Assembly: GCA_016842005.1 (NCBI GenBank)
Contig: JAENYD010000013.1
Coordinates: 5,490 to 69,489 of the forward strand
Origin: Clostridium thermobutyricum
GTDB lineage: Bacteria; Bacillota; Clostridia; Ch29
Length of the DNA stretch: 64,000 nt
Direction: 5' to 3'
Part shown: piece by piece, positions 48,527 to 58,396 of the stretch
How positions within the stretch are numbered: position 1 is the stretch's first letter
Layout: every line of letters begins with the position of its first letter
The notes under the pieces: model-generated
The model's input: the letters and a program-made list of their open reading frames with translations, nothing else
Database searches by the model: none
What the model was told of the DNA's origin: nothing
Made by a program: the position numbers and the translations under genes

Positions 48527-49696
48527 CTATATTAAAAGGTTCTTGAAGCTCTTTCCTCTTTTTAAACCGTATATCCCAAGGATATCAGCCACGGTAGCTC
48601 CAATATCTGCAAAGGATTCCCTTACACCCAGGTTTACACCTCTTTTAATCCTGTTTCCGTAGACCAGTACCGGTACGTATTCCCTTGAATGATCAGTACT
48701 GGAGGTAGTCGGGTCACAACCGTGGTCTGCAGTCAGTATCAGTATATCGCTGTCCCTGAGCTCTGACACCATTATGTCTACGGCCCTGTCCAGTTCTTTC
48801 AATGCCCCGGCATAACCTTCCACGTTGTTCCTGTGACCGTATTTCATGTCAAAATCCACCAGGTTGGTGAATACTATGCCTTCGGTTCCATTTCTTATAT
48901 ACTCCAGGGTTTTATCAATCCCGTCCTTGTTCCCGCTTGTATGGACACCCCTGGTAATGCCTCTACCGCTGAATATATCGATAATCTTGCCAATGGCGGT
49001 AACTTCTATTCCCTGCTGACAGGCATAGTCCAGCAGGGTCTTTTCGGGCGGCTCCACAGAAAAATCTCTCCTGTTCGGAGTTCTGGTAAAAGCCCCCGGT
49101 TTGCCTGTAAACGGTCTTGCTATCACCCGGGCGACCAGATGTTCCCCCACAAGAAGTTCTCTGGCCTTCCGGCATATTTCATACAGCTGTTCTACCGATA
49201 TTATGTCTTCGTGAGCTGCCACCTGAAAAACACTGTCTGCTGATGTATATACTATGGGATAACCCGTATCCATATGCTGCGGCCCTAACTCCTCAATTAT
49301 TACAGTACCTGATGCAACCTTATTACCGATTGATTTCCTGCCTATAGCCCGTTCAAAGCTATCTATTACCGTACGGGGGAAACCTTCAGGATAAGTGGGA
49401 AAAGACTTTTCAAGTATCACGCCGGTAATCTCCCAGTGTCCCGTAGTAGTATCTTTACCCGACGATTTTTCCGCAGCCTTGCCAAAACAGCCAATGGGAG
49501 CCCTGAACTCCGGTATATCGGGAGTTCCCTCAATATTTCCCAGTCCCAGACGCTCCAGGCCGGGAAGGGAAAAACCGCTAACATTCCTGTATATATTGCC
49601 CAGGGTATTGCTACCCTGGTCGTTGTACCTGTCGGCATCGGGCAGTTCACCTATGCCAACGCTGTCCATAACAATCAGTATTACCCTGCTGAACAC
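48527..49696 (-). CDS. deoB: Phosphopentomutase
   Basis: [48 protein letters not shown]. Confidence 0.95.
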   Translation of the reverse strand: MFSRVILIVMDSVGIGELPDADRYNDQGSNTLGNIYRNVSGFSLPGLERLGLGNIEGTPDIPEFRAPIGCFGKAAEKSSGKDTTTGHWEITGVILEKSFPTYPEGFPRTVIDSFERAIGRKSIGNKVASGTVIIEELGPQHMDTGYPIVYTSADSVFQVAAHEDIISVEQLYEICRKARELLVGEHLVARVIARPFTGKPGAFTRTPNRRDFSVEPPEKTLLDYACQQGIEVTAIGKIIDIFSGRGITRGVHTSGNKDGIDKTLEYIRNGTEGIVFTNLVDFDMKYGHRNNVEGYAGALKELDRAVDIMVSELRDSDILILTADHGCDPTTSSTDHSREYVPVLVYGNRIKRGVNLGVRESFADIGATVADILGIYGLKRGKSFKNLLI

Positions 49697-49767
49697 GTAT
49701 ATCTCCTCCTATCTGACAGTATACTTCATTTGCAGGCCGTTATTACCCCTAATAAATAAACGGGCTC

Positions 49768-50655
49768 TTAAGCCCTTGGGTGTGCTTTCTTATAAACCTC
49801 TTTGATACGGTTTTTTATAATCTGTGTATATACCTGGGTGGTCGAAATATCCGAATGTCCCAGCATTTCCTGGACCGATTTGAGGTCGGCTCCGTTCTCA
49901 AGCAGATGGGCAGCAAATGAATGACGAAGAGTATGAGGTGTGATGCCTTTACTGATATTTGATTGATCGGTGTATCTCTTGACTATCTTCCAGAATCCCT
50001 GTCTTGTAAGCCGTTTGCCCTGGTAGTTAACATAAAGGGATTTTGTTCTGCTGTCTTTCACCAGATAGGACCTGCTGCAGCTCAGATATTTTTCGAGGGC
50101 TTCAAGGGCAATGGATCCCACAGGGACAATCCTTTCCCTGTCGTTATTCTTGCAGCATTTTATGTAGCCGAGCTCAATATTTGCATCTGTAACGTTCAGG
50201 GATATGAGCTCTGAAACCCTTATACCGGTAGCATATAAAAGTTCCAGCATGGATTTGTCTCTTATGCCCTTCACATCACTGCAGTCCGGCTGTGCAAGCA
50301 GTAGTTCCACTTCTTCGCTGGTAAGAATGGTGGGCAGTTTTTTTTCAATCTTGGGAGATTCCAGGTTAAGAGTAGGATCTTTATCAATAATCTGTTGGGA
50401 AACCAGATAATGATAGAAAGCCCTCAGAGACGCCAGGTTTCTGGATATAGTAGAAGTAGCTCTGCCTTTCTTCTGCAGAAACAGCAGGTATGTAATAATG
50501 GTAGTCTTATTAGTATTATTGAAACTGAATATGTTCTTGTTTTCCAGATATTCTATGTACTGTCTCAAGTCTCTTCCGTATGATTCTACTGTATTATCCG
50601 ATAATTTTCTGGTTTCCTTCAAAAATTTCAGAAAGCGTTTGATTAAATCCATCAT
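49768..50655 (-). CDS. xerD: Site-specific tyrosine recombinase XerD
   Basis: ATGIRVSEL, TRQGFWK, TPHTLRHSFA, LGHSDISTTQVY, HPRA; canonical position next to deoB. Confidence 0.93.
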   Translation of the reverse strand: MMDLIKRFLKFLKETRKLSDNTVESYGRDLRQYIEYLENKNIFSFNNTNKTTIITYLLFLQKKGRATSTISRNLASLRAFYHYLVSQQIIDKDPTLNLESPKIEKKLPTILTSEEVELLLAQPDCSDVKGIRDKSMLELLYATGIRVSELISLNVTDANIELGYIKCCKNNDRERIVPVGSIALEALEKYLSCSRSYLVKDSRTKSLYVNYQGKRLTRQGFWKIVKRYTDQSNISKGITPHTLRHSFAAHLLENGADLKSVQEMLGHSDISTTQVYTQIIKNRIKEVYKKAHPRA

Positions 50656-50892
50656 TTTTTTAAAGATCCCCTTTTAACTTTTTTGTACTATAACTTATAT
50701 TTTCAACATGGAAGTAAAAATTCCTCTATTTATTGCTTTATTAAACCGAATCCTTCGGTATGGTTATTATACCCAACATTTAGCTAAATATTAGCATTTC
50801 CCCCTATTATCCCCGAATTTTCTCATGCATCAATAAAAACAGAACGCCTACCCCATAGGAGTAAGCGTTATTACCGGCTCCATTGCAAGCCT

Positions 50893-52008
50893 CTATAGTA
50901 CTTCTTCTGCGGGCGTATAGTCCAGCCCATGGGCCTCTGCTACCGCTTTGAATGTAAGCTTGCCTTTGTATACGTTAAGTCCTCTCTTCAAAGCGATGTC
51001 AGTTTTGCACGCCTTTTCCGCACCCAGGTTTGCTATCTTAAGGGCATAGGGAAGGGTGGCATTGGTCAGGGCAAAGGTTGATGTTCTTGGTACAGCACCG
51101 GGAATATTCGGTACTGAGTAGTGCATTACGCCGAATTTTTCAAATACGGGGTCTTCGTGACTTGTTATCCTGTCCATCGTCTGAACGGTTCCGCCCTGGT
51201 CTATGGCTACATCGACTATGGCTGCGCCTTTGTTCATACTCTTAACCATTTCTTCGGTCACCAGTTTGGGTGCCTTGGCTCCGGGAATCAATACCGCCCC
51301 TACGAACATGTCTGCACCCTTAAGGGCTTCGGCCAGGTTGAAGCTGTTAGACATAAGAGTTTTAACTTTGTTTCCGAATATATCGTCAAGATAAGCAAGA
51401 CGTTTTGCGCTAACATCAAGTATGGTTACATCAGCACCCAGTCCAACGGCCATCTTGGCCGCATTAATGCCAACATTACCTCCGCCAAGGATAACGACCT
51501 TTGCCGGAAGTACTCCGGGGACTCCACCCAGGAGCATACCTCTTCCGCCCATTATCTTCTCCAGCATCCTTGCTCCTATTTGAACAGCCATCCTGCCGGC
51601 CACTTCACTCATGGGGGCCAGCAGCGGGAGAGAACCATCCTCGGGCTGTACAGTCTCATAGGCAATGCCTATAATCTTTGCATCCAGCAGTGCTTTTGTC
51701 AGTGTTGGTTCAGGAGCCAGGTGAAGATATGTAAACAGTATCTGGTTTTCTTTGAATAGTCCGTATTCTGGTGGCAGAGGCTCTTTAACCTTCATTATCA
51801 TATCAGCCTTGGCAAACACTTCTTTCGGGGTATCCAGTATCTCAGCACCGGCAGCAGTATATTCTTCATCGGTGATACCGCTGCCTACGCCTGCGGATTT
51901 CTCTATTATCACTTGGTGTCCGGCCTTAATAAAGGCTTCTACTCCGGCAGGTGTAATGGCTACCCTGTTCTCGTTTTTCTTGATTTCTTTAGTAACACCA
52001 ACAATCAT
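50893..52008 (-). CDS. ald: Alanine dehydrogenase
   Basis: [45 protein letters not shown]. Confidence 0.95.
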   Translation of the reverse strand: MIVGVTKEIKKNENRVAITPAGVEAFIKAGHQVIIEKSAGVGSGITDEEYTAAGAEILDTPKEVFAKADMIMKVKEPLPPEYGLFKENQILFTYLHLAPEPTLTKALLDAKIIGIAYETVQPEDGSLPLLAPMSEVAGRMAVQIGARMLEKIMGGRGMLLGGVPGVLPAKVVILGGGNVGINAAKMAVGLGADVTILDVSAKRLAYLDDIFGNKVKTLMSNSFNLAEALKGADMFVGAVLIPGAKAPKLVTEEMVKSMNKGAAIVDVAIDQGGTVQTMDRITSHEDPVFEKFGVMHYSVPNIPGAVPRTSTFALTNATLPYALKIANLGAEKACKTDIALKRGLNVYKGKLTFKAVAEAHGLDYTPAEEVL

Positions 52009-52130
52009 ACTAAAACACTCCCTCATGTTTTTTTGGGTAGTATTGCTTGTCAACCCAGTTATAATTATACACCCGCCCGGATTATCCTTCAATAAAATTT
52101 TGTAAATATTTTAACAATGGTTATAATTTT

Positions 52131-52751
52131 TTAGAAGGCGAACATCTTCATAAATACCGGAGTAATATATCCTTCTATGCAGGTTCCGACAAAAACCGTG
52201 ATAAGAGCGACAACCATGTTGAGGGAGTAAATAAGCAATTCGTTGAAAAAACTCTTCCTGTGTCTTGATTTTCTTCTCCTGACCAGCGTCCATGAAAACC
52301 CGATGCCCATCACCCCTGCAGCAATAATGCCGGGTACGATTAACAGATTCTGAGGTAGGATAGCTGCCAGTGCAAACAAAAACCCCCTTAATCCCATTTC
52401 TTCCGCCAGAAATCCTACCGAAAACCCTATAATAAAGCCTTTAATTCCCACAATCATAAGAATAAAAACAGCTCCTATTACCGTAATGCCCAAAAACCAT
52501 ATCAAAATAACAAACTGCATATTATTAACCAGTGACTGCCTGAATACCTCACCTGAATAAACAGGTTCTTTATCAAGGACATTAAAAAATCCCTGGAAAT
52601 AACTTACCAGTTCTCCTTTCTGGTCTTCCCCCAGGGCATCCACTGTGAATGCCCCGGCTGAAATCCCTGCGATGAAAAAAATAAGTACCACAATGTAAAG
52701 AAACAAAAAAGTCCTTATATGCTTCAATACTATGTGTCTTATAGAACCCAC
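52131..52751 (-). CDS. spoIIM: Stage II sporulation protein M
   Basis: LGITVIG...KGFIIGFSVG, LPQN, EGYITP; GGAGG RBS before GTG at 52751. Confidence 0.9.
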   Translation of the reverse strand: MGSIRHIVLKHIRTFLFLYIVVLIFFIAGISAGAFTVDALGEDQKGELVSYFQGFFNVLDKEPVYSGEVFRQSLVNNMQFVILIWFLGITVIGAVFILMIVGIKGFIIGFSVGFLAEEMGLRGFLFALAAILPQNLLIVPGIIAAGVMGIGFSWTLVRRRKSRHRKSFFNELLIYSLNMVVALITVFVGTCIEGYITPVFMKMFAF

Positions 52752-52799
52752 AAAAAACACCTCCGGGCACAACCCTTTACCAGAACCCTGGTATAGTAA

Positions 52800-52828
52800 A
52801 TGTTATGCCCGTCTACTTTTCTTTATGC
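52800..52828 (-). promoter_or_regulatory. SigE-type promoter of spoIIM
   Basis: GCATAAA-N14-CATAACAT. Confidence 0.6.
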
Positions 52829-52863
52829 CATATGTTTTTATACGATGGAAATATTCCCGGTCA

Positions 52864-53385
52864 CTACCTCCTGTTGAGCAGCGCCAGCACCCCTATGATT
52901 GTTTTGCTGTCTCTTATGCTGCCTTCCGCTATCATCTTCACAGCTTTATCAATATCCAGTTCCATAACCTCCACCTTTTCATCCTCGTCCGGGTTTGCTT
53001 CTCCGGGAGTAAGGTATGTAGCCATAAAGAGATGTAAAATCTCATTGGAAAACCCCGGTGAGGTGTAAAAACTGAACAAATATTCGATTTTGCCGGCACT
53101 GTAGCCTGTCTCCTCCTCCAGTTCCCTGACAGCACAGGTTTCAGGGTCCTCACCGTCTTCCAGTTTTCCTGCAGGAAGTTCGATAAGCGTTTTTTCCACC
53201 GGTTTTCGGTACTGGCTGACAAATACAATTTTCCCATCCTTTTTTACAGGAATAATGCATACTGCTCCCGGATGCTCCACTATTTCCCTTGTGGAAATAT
53301 TCCCTCCCGCCAGTTCAACCGTATCTACCTTCAGGTTGATAACCCTGCCCTTATATATCTCTTTGCTGTCCAGCGTCCTTTCCAG
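52864..53385 (-). CDS. nudF: ADP-ribose pyrophosphatase (NUDIX)
   Basis: REIVEHPGAV, ELPAGKLE...AVRELEEETG, SPGF, DSKT. Start probably CTG at 53385 (see findings). Confidence 0.9.
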   Translation of the reverse strand: MERTLDSKEIYKGRVINLKVDTVELAGGNISTREIVEHPGAVCIIPVKKDGKIVFVSQYRKPVEKTLIELPAGKLEDGEDPETCAVRELEEETGYSAGKIEYLFSFYTSPGFSNEILHLFMATYLTPGEANPDEDEKVEVMELDIDKAVKMIAEGSIRDSKTIIGVLALLNRR

Positions 53386-53494
53386 TGTTATCCTCTCCTT
53401 TCCCCTGTCTTCATATATATTGAATGAATAACTGCCCGCCGTCCTGAATAAATTATATGGTACAGAAACCTGTCCGAAAGGAGTTGATTGGCAT

Positions 53495-53623
53495 ATGTAT
53501 AAAATAACCACCCCCAACAGGCTTTATATCATCGGTAAAGCACATGAGATACTGGATGTCCTGGATGCCATAAGCCAGAAGCACTATTACCTCAAAACTT
53601 TCCTGGATAGCCGGAAAAACTAA
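53495..53623 (+). CDS. mciZ: Z-ring inhibitor peptide MciZ (42 aa, not in ORF track)
   Basis: AAAGGAG RBS; MYKITTPNRLYIIGKAHEILDVLDAISQKHYYLKTFLDSRKN (GKAxEI motif); divergent from nudF. Confidence 0.75.
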   Translation: MYKITTPNRLYIIGKAHEILDVLDAISQKHYYLKTFLDSRKN

Positions 53624-54693
53624 TCAATATAATCCAGTGCCACCCTGGCCGAAGCCCCCAGCGCCTGAAAAAATTCCGGGTCCTCTTTCACCCCGCGGCC
53701 CATTGTTGTTATACTAAGTCCGTAATCTTCCATAGCCTGAAATACCTGTTCCCCTTGCGTATATATTATCCTGTGTTTTCTGTCCAGTTTATGGTCCGCT
53801 ACCTGCTGTCTGATATATTGCATCTTTTGTTCCTCCAGTACAGGCAGGGGCACCAGCGCCCGTGTCCTGGCAATACGATCCAGTACCTTGATGGTATGAT
53901 GACTTATACCCCTGTGCCTCTCCCTTGTATCGGCAAAACTGATCCGGGGAACTGCCACGGGAACACCTCCCAGGGTGTTTATACCGTCAATGATGTAGCC
54001 CTGTTCAATACCGGTAAACCCAAAGCCTGTGCCCGTACCCACAATACCGGGCCCCATCGCTACAACGGCGGTATGGCATCCTGCCGCTTCCCGGGCAGCT
54101 ATAATCCCCGTATAGAAATTTACCGCCTCCATATCACCACCAAAAGCGTTACCGCAGGTTATCGAGGCATCAAGGAGGTTTTTCTCCTTCAATTCCCGGA
54201 CAGTCCTGCTGAAAGCAATGGGAAGAGCCGCCCCGTCCGTCATTATATAAGCAATCCTGGTTTCCGGTTTCATCATTTTAATAAGGGCGCATATGGGCCC
54301 CACCATGCTGTGCAGGGTAGCGGCAATCACCGGAAACCCGTCGAGGTCCTCAAAATCCCTGATTTTTTCATGCCACCGGCTCTGCTGTTCTTCCACCGAC
54401 AGACACTTGACCTGAAGAGGTGTATATCTCAGTTTCATTATATGCCCCGGGCCTGACAGGTCCCTCTCCCGGTTATCCAGATTTGCTATTACAAAATGAT
54501 AGCCCCCTGTCCCCAAACCCAGGGAGCATGCTGTTGTATTCAGTAACACCCTGTCGCCGGTTTGCACCAGGCCCGACATATGGCAATAGACCATTGCCTT
54601 TTCTTGTTTTCCTTCAAAGGACACCATGACTTCCTGTATATCCTCCGTTTCAGAAACAATACGATCAACACATGCTTCCCTGACCTGTATCAT
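53620..54693 (-). CDS. DUF3866 family protein
   Basis: LNTTA..LGLGTGGYHFV, GHIMKLRYTPLQ, LHS, YIMTDGAALP, GPGIVGTG, GISHH; ATGA overlap with the upstream gene. Confidence 0.8.
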   Translation of the reverse strand: MIQVREACVDRIVSETEDIQEVMVSFEGKQEKAMVYCHMSGLVQTGDRVLLNTTACSLGLGTGGYHFVIANLDNRERDLSGPGHIMKLRYTPLQVKCLSVEEQQSRWHEKIRDFEDLDGFPVIAATLHSMVGPICALIKMMKPETRIAYIMTDGAALPIAFSRTVRELKEKNLLDASITCGNAFGGDMEAVNFYTGIIAAREAAGCHTAVVAMGPGIVGTGTGFGFTGIEQGYIIDGINTLGGVPVAVPRISFADTRERHRGISHHTIKVLDRIARTRALVPLPVLEEQKMQYIRQQVADHKLDRKHRIIYTQGEQVFQAMEDYGLSITTMGRGVKEDPEFFQALGASARVALDYID

Positions 54694-55523
54694 CCTGCTC
54701 TCCCACCCTTCCCGTTCACAGTTCCCAGACCGTCTATAAACCGCAGCAGCCTGTTCCTGTTGATTAAATCCGTGAAGGAGTATTTTTCCGCAAACAGGTG
54801 TATCAGAATCAGGGCGGCTGCTGTCCACCCTTTGGCTGTAATACCGGCGGCAAGGCTGAAATATATGCCCATTGAAATGCCCAGTATGTTTGAACCCACG
54901 TCTCCCATCATACCTTTCCCCTTAAAATCAACCGGCATATATGCCAGAATACTTCCGGTCAGCGGGAAAAGCAGGTAACAGTAGGCTGACCCCATCCCTG
55001 CGGCCAGGGACACTCCCCATACCAGGAAAAAAAACTTGATAGCCCTTCCCGGTCTGAGGTCCATCAGGTTAAGCATGTTTGTAAAAAGGGCAATTATCAA
55101 TGCATTCAATATCCACTGAACAACTGTCTGTGAAATAAACAGGGATATCACCGAAGCTGTCAGCCCCCCCATAAGGGCCTTGAATCCTCCAGTGGTCAGG
55201 GTACCTTCAAAAAGGCTTTTCATATGTCCTTTAAAACCAAGGGTATCTCTGTTCCCCAGCAGGTCATCCACAATACCGGCGAACCCTATTACGGTAATAC
55301 CCATAAGATTGAGTAAAAGCAGCTTTTTATCAGCCTCATCCAGAAAAAGCATAACAGCTATCCCCGCTATGATCGAAGGAATAAACACAATCCCTATTCC
55401 AGCCGGAATATTCTCCCCCATGAAGTTTTTCCTTACCGCCCCCGCACTTCTCAGCATAAAAGTCAGATAGGGCAGAAATACAAAGGTAACTAAAAAGGTA
55501 ACCGGTATTACTGCAATAGTCAT
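54690..55523 (-). CDS. MraY/glycosyltransferase family 4-like membrane phosphotransferase
   Basis: GIVDD, N..NLMDLRPGRA, MMGDVGSN; multi-pass membrane protein. Confidence 0.8.
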   Translation of the reverse strand: MTIAVIPVTFLVTFVFLPYLTFMLRSAGAVRKNFMGENIPAGIGIVFIPSIIAGIAVMLFLDEADKKLLLLNLMGITVIGFAGIVDDLLGNRDTLGFKGHMKSLFEGTLTTGGFKALMGGLTASVISLFISQTVVQWILNALIIALFTNMLNLMDLRPGRAIKFFFLVWGVSLAAGMGSAYCYLLFPLTGSILAYMPVDFKGKGMMGDVGSNILGISMGIYFSLAAGITAKGWTAAALILIHLFAEKYSFTDLINRNRLLRFIDGLGTVNGKGGRAG

Positions 55524-56194
55524 TTTTCAGCCCCCGCTTCCCTGATACACAGTCTGAAAATATCCGCAAACTGCCGTCCCCGGTGAACAAATCCCTTTAA
55601 ATTGCGGCCGGTCTCCCTGTGGGACATATTAACCGGTACTTCAACTATCCTGAACCCCTCCCGGAGTATCTTTATGGTCATACCCACCTCTGCAGCATAC
55701 CCACCGGGAATGGGACCAATGATGCCCAGTACTTCCTTCCTGAAGGCCCTCTGACCGGACAATACCGCCGAAAGGCAGCAGCCGGTATGTTTCCTCACTG
55801 TATAACGGGCCAGTCTTTTAACCCATCCAAAGCCTCCTTTTTTTTGCGGCGGCGGAAAAACTCCGATGGTAACATCCGCCTCCCCCGCCAATACAGGGCA
55901 TAATAGCTTATCAACCTCCCCCGAACTTTCCCCCACATCCGCATCAATAAAAGCCAACACTTCTCCGGATGCATGCAAAATACCGTGGTTCAGCGCATTA
56001 CCTTTCCCGCTGTTGTGAGGCAATCTGATAACCCGGACCCCCGCTTCCTCTGCTGCCGAGGCAGTCCTGTCCCGGGAGCCGTCATCCACCACCAGAATCT
56101 CATTGACATACGAGGAGGTCCTGAGCCCGTATATTGTCTGTCCTATCCTGTTTTCCTCATTATAGGCGGGGATTATGACTGTAACCTTTCTCAT
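55520..56194 (-). CDS. Glycosyltransferase family 2
   Basis: IIPAYNEE, VDDGSRD, GKG, FIDAD, LSGQRA. Confidence 0.9.
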   Translation of the reverse strand: MRKVTVIIPAYNEENRIGQTIYGLRTSSYVNEILVVDDGSRDRTASAAEEAGVRVIRLPHNSGKGNALNHGILHASGEVLAFIDADVGESSGEVDKLLCPVLAGEADVTIGVFPPPQKKGGFGWVKRLARYTVRKHTGCCLSAVLSGQRAFRKEVLGIIGPIPGGYAAEVGMTIKILREGFRIVEVPVNMSHRETGRNLKGFVHRGRQFADIFRLCIREAGAEK

Positions 56195-56208
56195 CGCGCT
56201 GAGACCTC

Positions 56209-57090
56209 CTAGCGAATACTGTGGTCATCGGGCGTCAGGGCATCGGCTGTATCCTTCAGTCCAAAATGCCCTTCAATACCCTGCAGAATCATTATCAGAG
56301 AGTACTGTCCTATCATGGTATCAATATTGTCTACCGTTGATATTCTCATTTTCTTATAATGCTCTATATAGGATTCTTCACAGTCCGATTTTTCAACGCC
56401 TATAACAGGTATATTGCTGTTCTTAATGGCTTCAATCATAGGGATATCTATATCTGTTACATCACCGGCATTCTCCAGCGTACTTCCCCCGGCAAGGATA
56501 AAATAGTCAACAGGTTTGTTATACGTCCCCGAAATTTCTATCAGTTTCAGTTTCTTCAGAAAGTTGACAAATTCCCCGTCTTTTCCGGTCAGAATACTGT
56601 TCACCAGTCTTGATGAAATGTACTGCTGCATATTATCAGCCTCGGCTGCTTCCGGAAACCGTTCTCTGACTGTCTGCATCTTTTCTTCACCGGCAACTAT
56701 AAGGTCTTTTTTTACAAAGGTAACCGAGGACACATTTGCCCCCGCCTTTTTCAGGGAAGTTATCAGGCCGGTATTTATAGACTGGTCGCTGCTCTCTATA
56801 ATGGCTACGTTAAACCCTTGCAGCTTGTCTTCCACCAGCCTGGGAAAAACCTGGTTGATAAAATCCCTGTACAACAAAAGCTCGGCTTCCTTTTCATCAA
56901 TCAGATTTTGCAGAGCAACAGTCTCTCCCTTCAGTTCACTGAACTTGAGTTCCAGGTCGCTTATCAGGCTCTGCTGCTGCTCTACGAATATTTCCTGCCC
57001 GTCCAGGGTGAAACCAATGAATATCCCTATGCCAAGGGCCAGAAAAATTGCTGTAATGGTTACCAGATAATACCTCATATTTATTATCAT
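56209..57090 (-). CDS. steB: MctB/SteB family protein
   Basis: INMRYYLVTITAIFLALGIGIFIG N-terminal TM, coiled coil, ISTVDNID..IGQ, G.FGLK.TA. Confidence 0.75.
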   Translation of the reverse strand: MIINMRYYLVTITAIFLALGIGIFIGFTLDGQEIFVEQQQSLISDLELKFSELKGETVALQNLIDEKEAELLLYRDFINQVFPRLVEDKLQGFNVAIIESSDQSINTGLITSLKKAGANVSSVTFVKKDLIVAGEEKMQTVRERFPEAAEADNMQQYISSRLVNSILTGKDGEFVNFLKKLKLIEISGTYNKPVDYFILAGGSTLENAGDVTDIDIPMIEAIKNSNIPVIGVEKSDCEESYIEHYKKMRISTVDNIDTMIGQYSLIMILQGIEGHFGLKDTADALTPDDHSIR

Positions 57091-57169
57091 TTTCTTTACA
57101 CTCCTTTTAATCAAGCTCTTGATGCAGGTGAGAATCCTTTTAACCGTCCCTTAGTCCGGTTATATATTG

Positions 57170-58300
57170 TTAAAAACCGATTAAAATTTTTAATCTTATG
57201 GACATCAAGCGGAAAAGCTGCTGCAGGGGAGGGGACATCATGCCTACCACTATTATCGGTATCAGGGCGGCAAATACCAGCCCGGCTATATGCCTTACCT
57301 TGAGGCTCTCCCTGTAAAGCTTGTTTACCCCCTTGGCATCCACCAGTTTGTCTCCCACCTTCAGGCGGGTGAGGAAAGTACTGGCCATACCCTTCCTGCC
57401 CTTTTCAAGAAAGTCAATCATATTGGAATGGGTTCCCACTGCCACAATCAGCTCTGCACCTTTTTCATAGGCAAGAAGCAGGGCAATGTCCTCGCTGGTT
57501 CCCGGCGCCGGAAATATTTCGGCGTCCAGGCCCAGTTTACTGACCCGCTCCATGCCTGGCGCCCTGCCATCGGTATATGCGTGCACCACTATATCCCTGC
57601 TGTATTTCAACGCCTTATCGCTGACACTATCCATATCACCGATAATTATGTCCGGTATAAAACCGAATTCCAGAAGAGCGTCTCCCCCGCCATCTACGCC
57701 GATAAGTACGGGGTTAACCTCTTCAATATATGTCCTTATGGCATTCAGGTCATTCCTGTAGTCTGTACCTCTTACAACCACCAGTGCATGCCTGCCGGCT
57801 ATTCTGGTTTTTACCTCGGGAACCTTTGTCTCTCCTAAAATGATTTTTTTTTCCTTCTTCGCGTATTCCAGGGTATTGTCTATAAAACTATCCAGCTCAT
57901 TTTCAATGTTTTCCCTGGCCCTGGTCGTCATCTCTTTAACGAATTTATAGCTCAGTATCTCGCCCTTTCCTACAATCCTGCCGTTCAAAATAATACTGCC
58001 GTCCTTTATCTCCACCATGTCGCCGTCATTAATCTGCTCCATAATTCCGGCTCCTGCCCGGTCAATTAAAAAGATGCCCTCCTTACAGAGTATCTCCGGT
58101 CCCATATTGGGGTATCGTCCGCTGATAGACGCATCGGCATTGATAACCGCTTTCACCCCGGCTCTGACAAGAGACCGGGCGGCCAGTTCATCAATATCCC
58201 TGTGGGATATTACTGCCACTTCACCGGGGTTCAACCGTTTGATCAGATTTTTTGTTTTTTTATCCACTTTTGCTCTAGCCACAATATGCATTACATTCAC
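57170..58300 (-). CDS. steA: SteA-like protein (thiamine pyrophosphokinase-like domain)
   Basis: D.KTK.L.KRL, ISGRYPN.GP, VVRG.DY..DL, IGVDGGGDA, HAY.DG.APG, F.EKGR.GMASTFLTRLKVG; C-terminal TM. Confidence 0.8.
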   Translation of the reverse strand: MNVMHIVARAKVDKKTKNLIKRLNPGEVAVISHRDIDELAARSLVRAGVKAVINADASISGRYPNMGPEILCKEGIFLIDRAGAGIMEQINDGDMVEIKDGSIILNGRIVGKGEILSYKFVKEMTTRARENIENELDSFIDNTLEYAKKEKKIILGETKVPEVKTRIAGRHALVVVRGTDYRNDLNAIRTYIEEVNPVLIGVDGGGDALLEFGFIPDIIIGDMDSVSDKALKYSRDIVVHAYTDGRAPGMERVSKLGLDAEIFPAPGTSEDIALLLAYEKGAELIVAVGTHSNMIDFLEKGRKGMASTFLTRLKVGDKLVDAKGVNKLYRESLKVRHIAGLVFAALIPIIVVGMMSPPLQQLFRLMSIRLKILIGF

Positions 58301-58352
58301 CTGCCATACTTTTGAATTCCCCTGTCACTACTATTATTCGGATTTTTCATGC

Positions 58353-58379
58353 AAAAATTGCCCGGACGGGCAATTTTTT
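58353..58379. terminator. Intrinsic terminator after the lipoprotein gene
   Basis: AAAAATTGCCC-GGAC-GGGCAATTTTT. Confidence 0.7.
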
Positions 58380-58396
58380 ATTCTTTTCACGAACAG

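Noticed and set aside
49768-50655. Tyrosine recombinase as a prophage or integron integrase
   Set aside because: It has XerD signatures and the canonical housekeeping position beside deoB; no phage genes, att sites or IntI-specific insertion.
21763-57838. Numerous long plus-strand ORFs antisense to core genes (e.g. 21763-22470, 31477-32268, 51121-51759, 53755-54456)
   Set aside because: Shadow ORFs opposite well-supported minus-strand genes, with no motifs or RBS.
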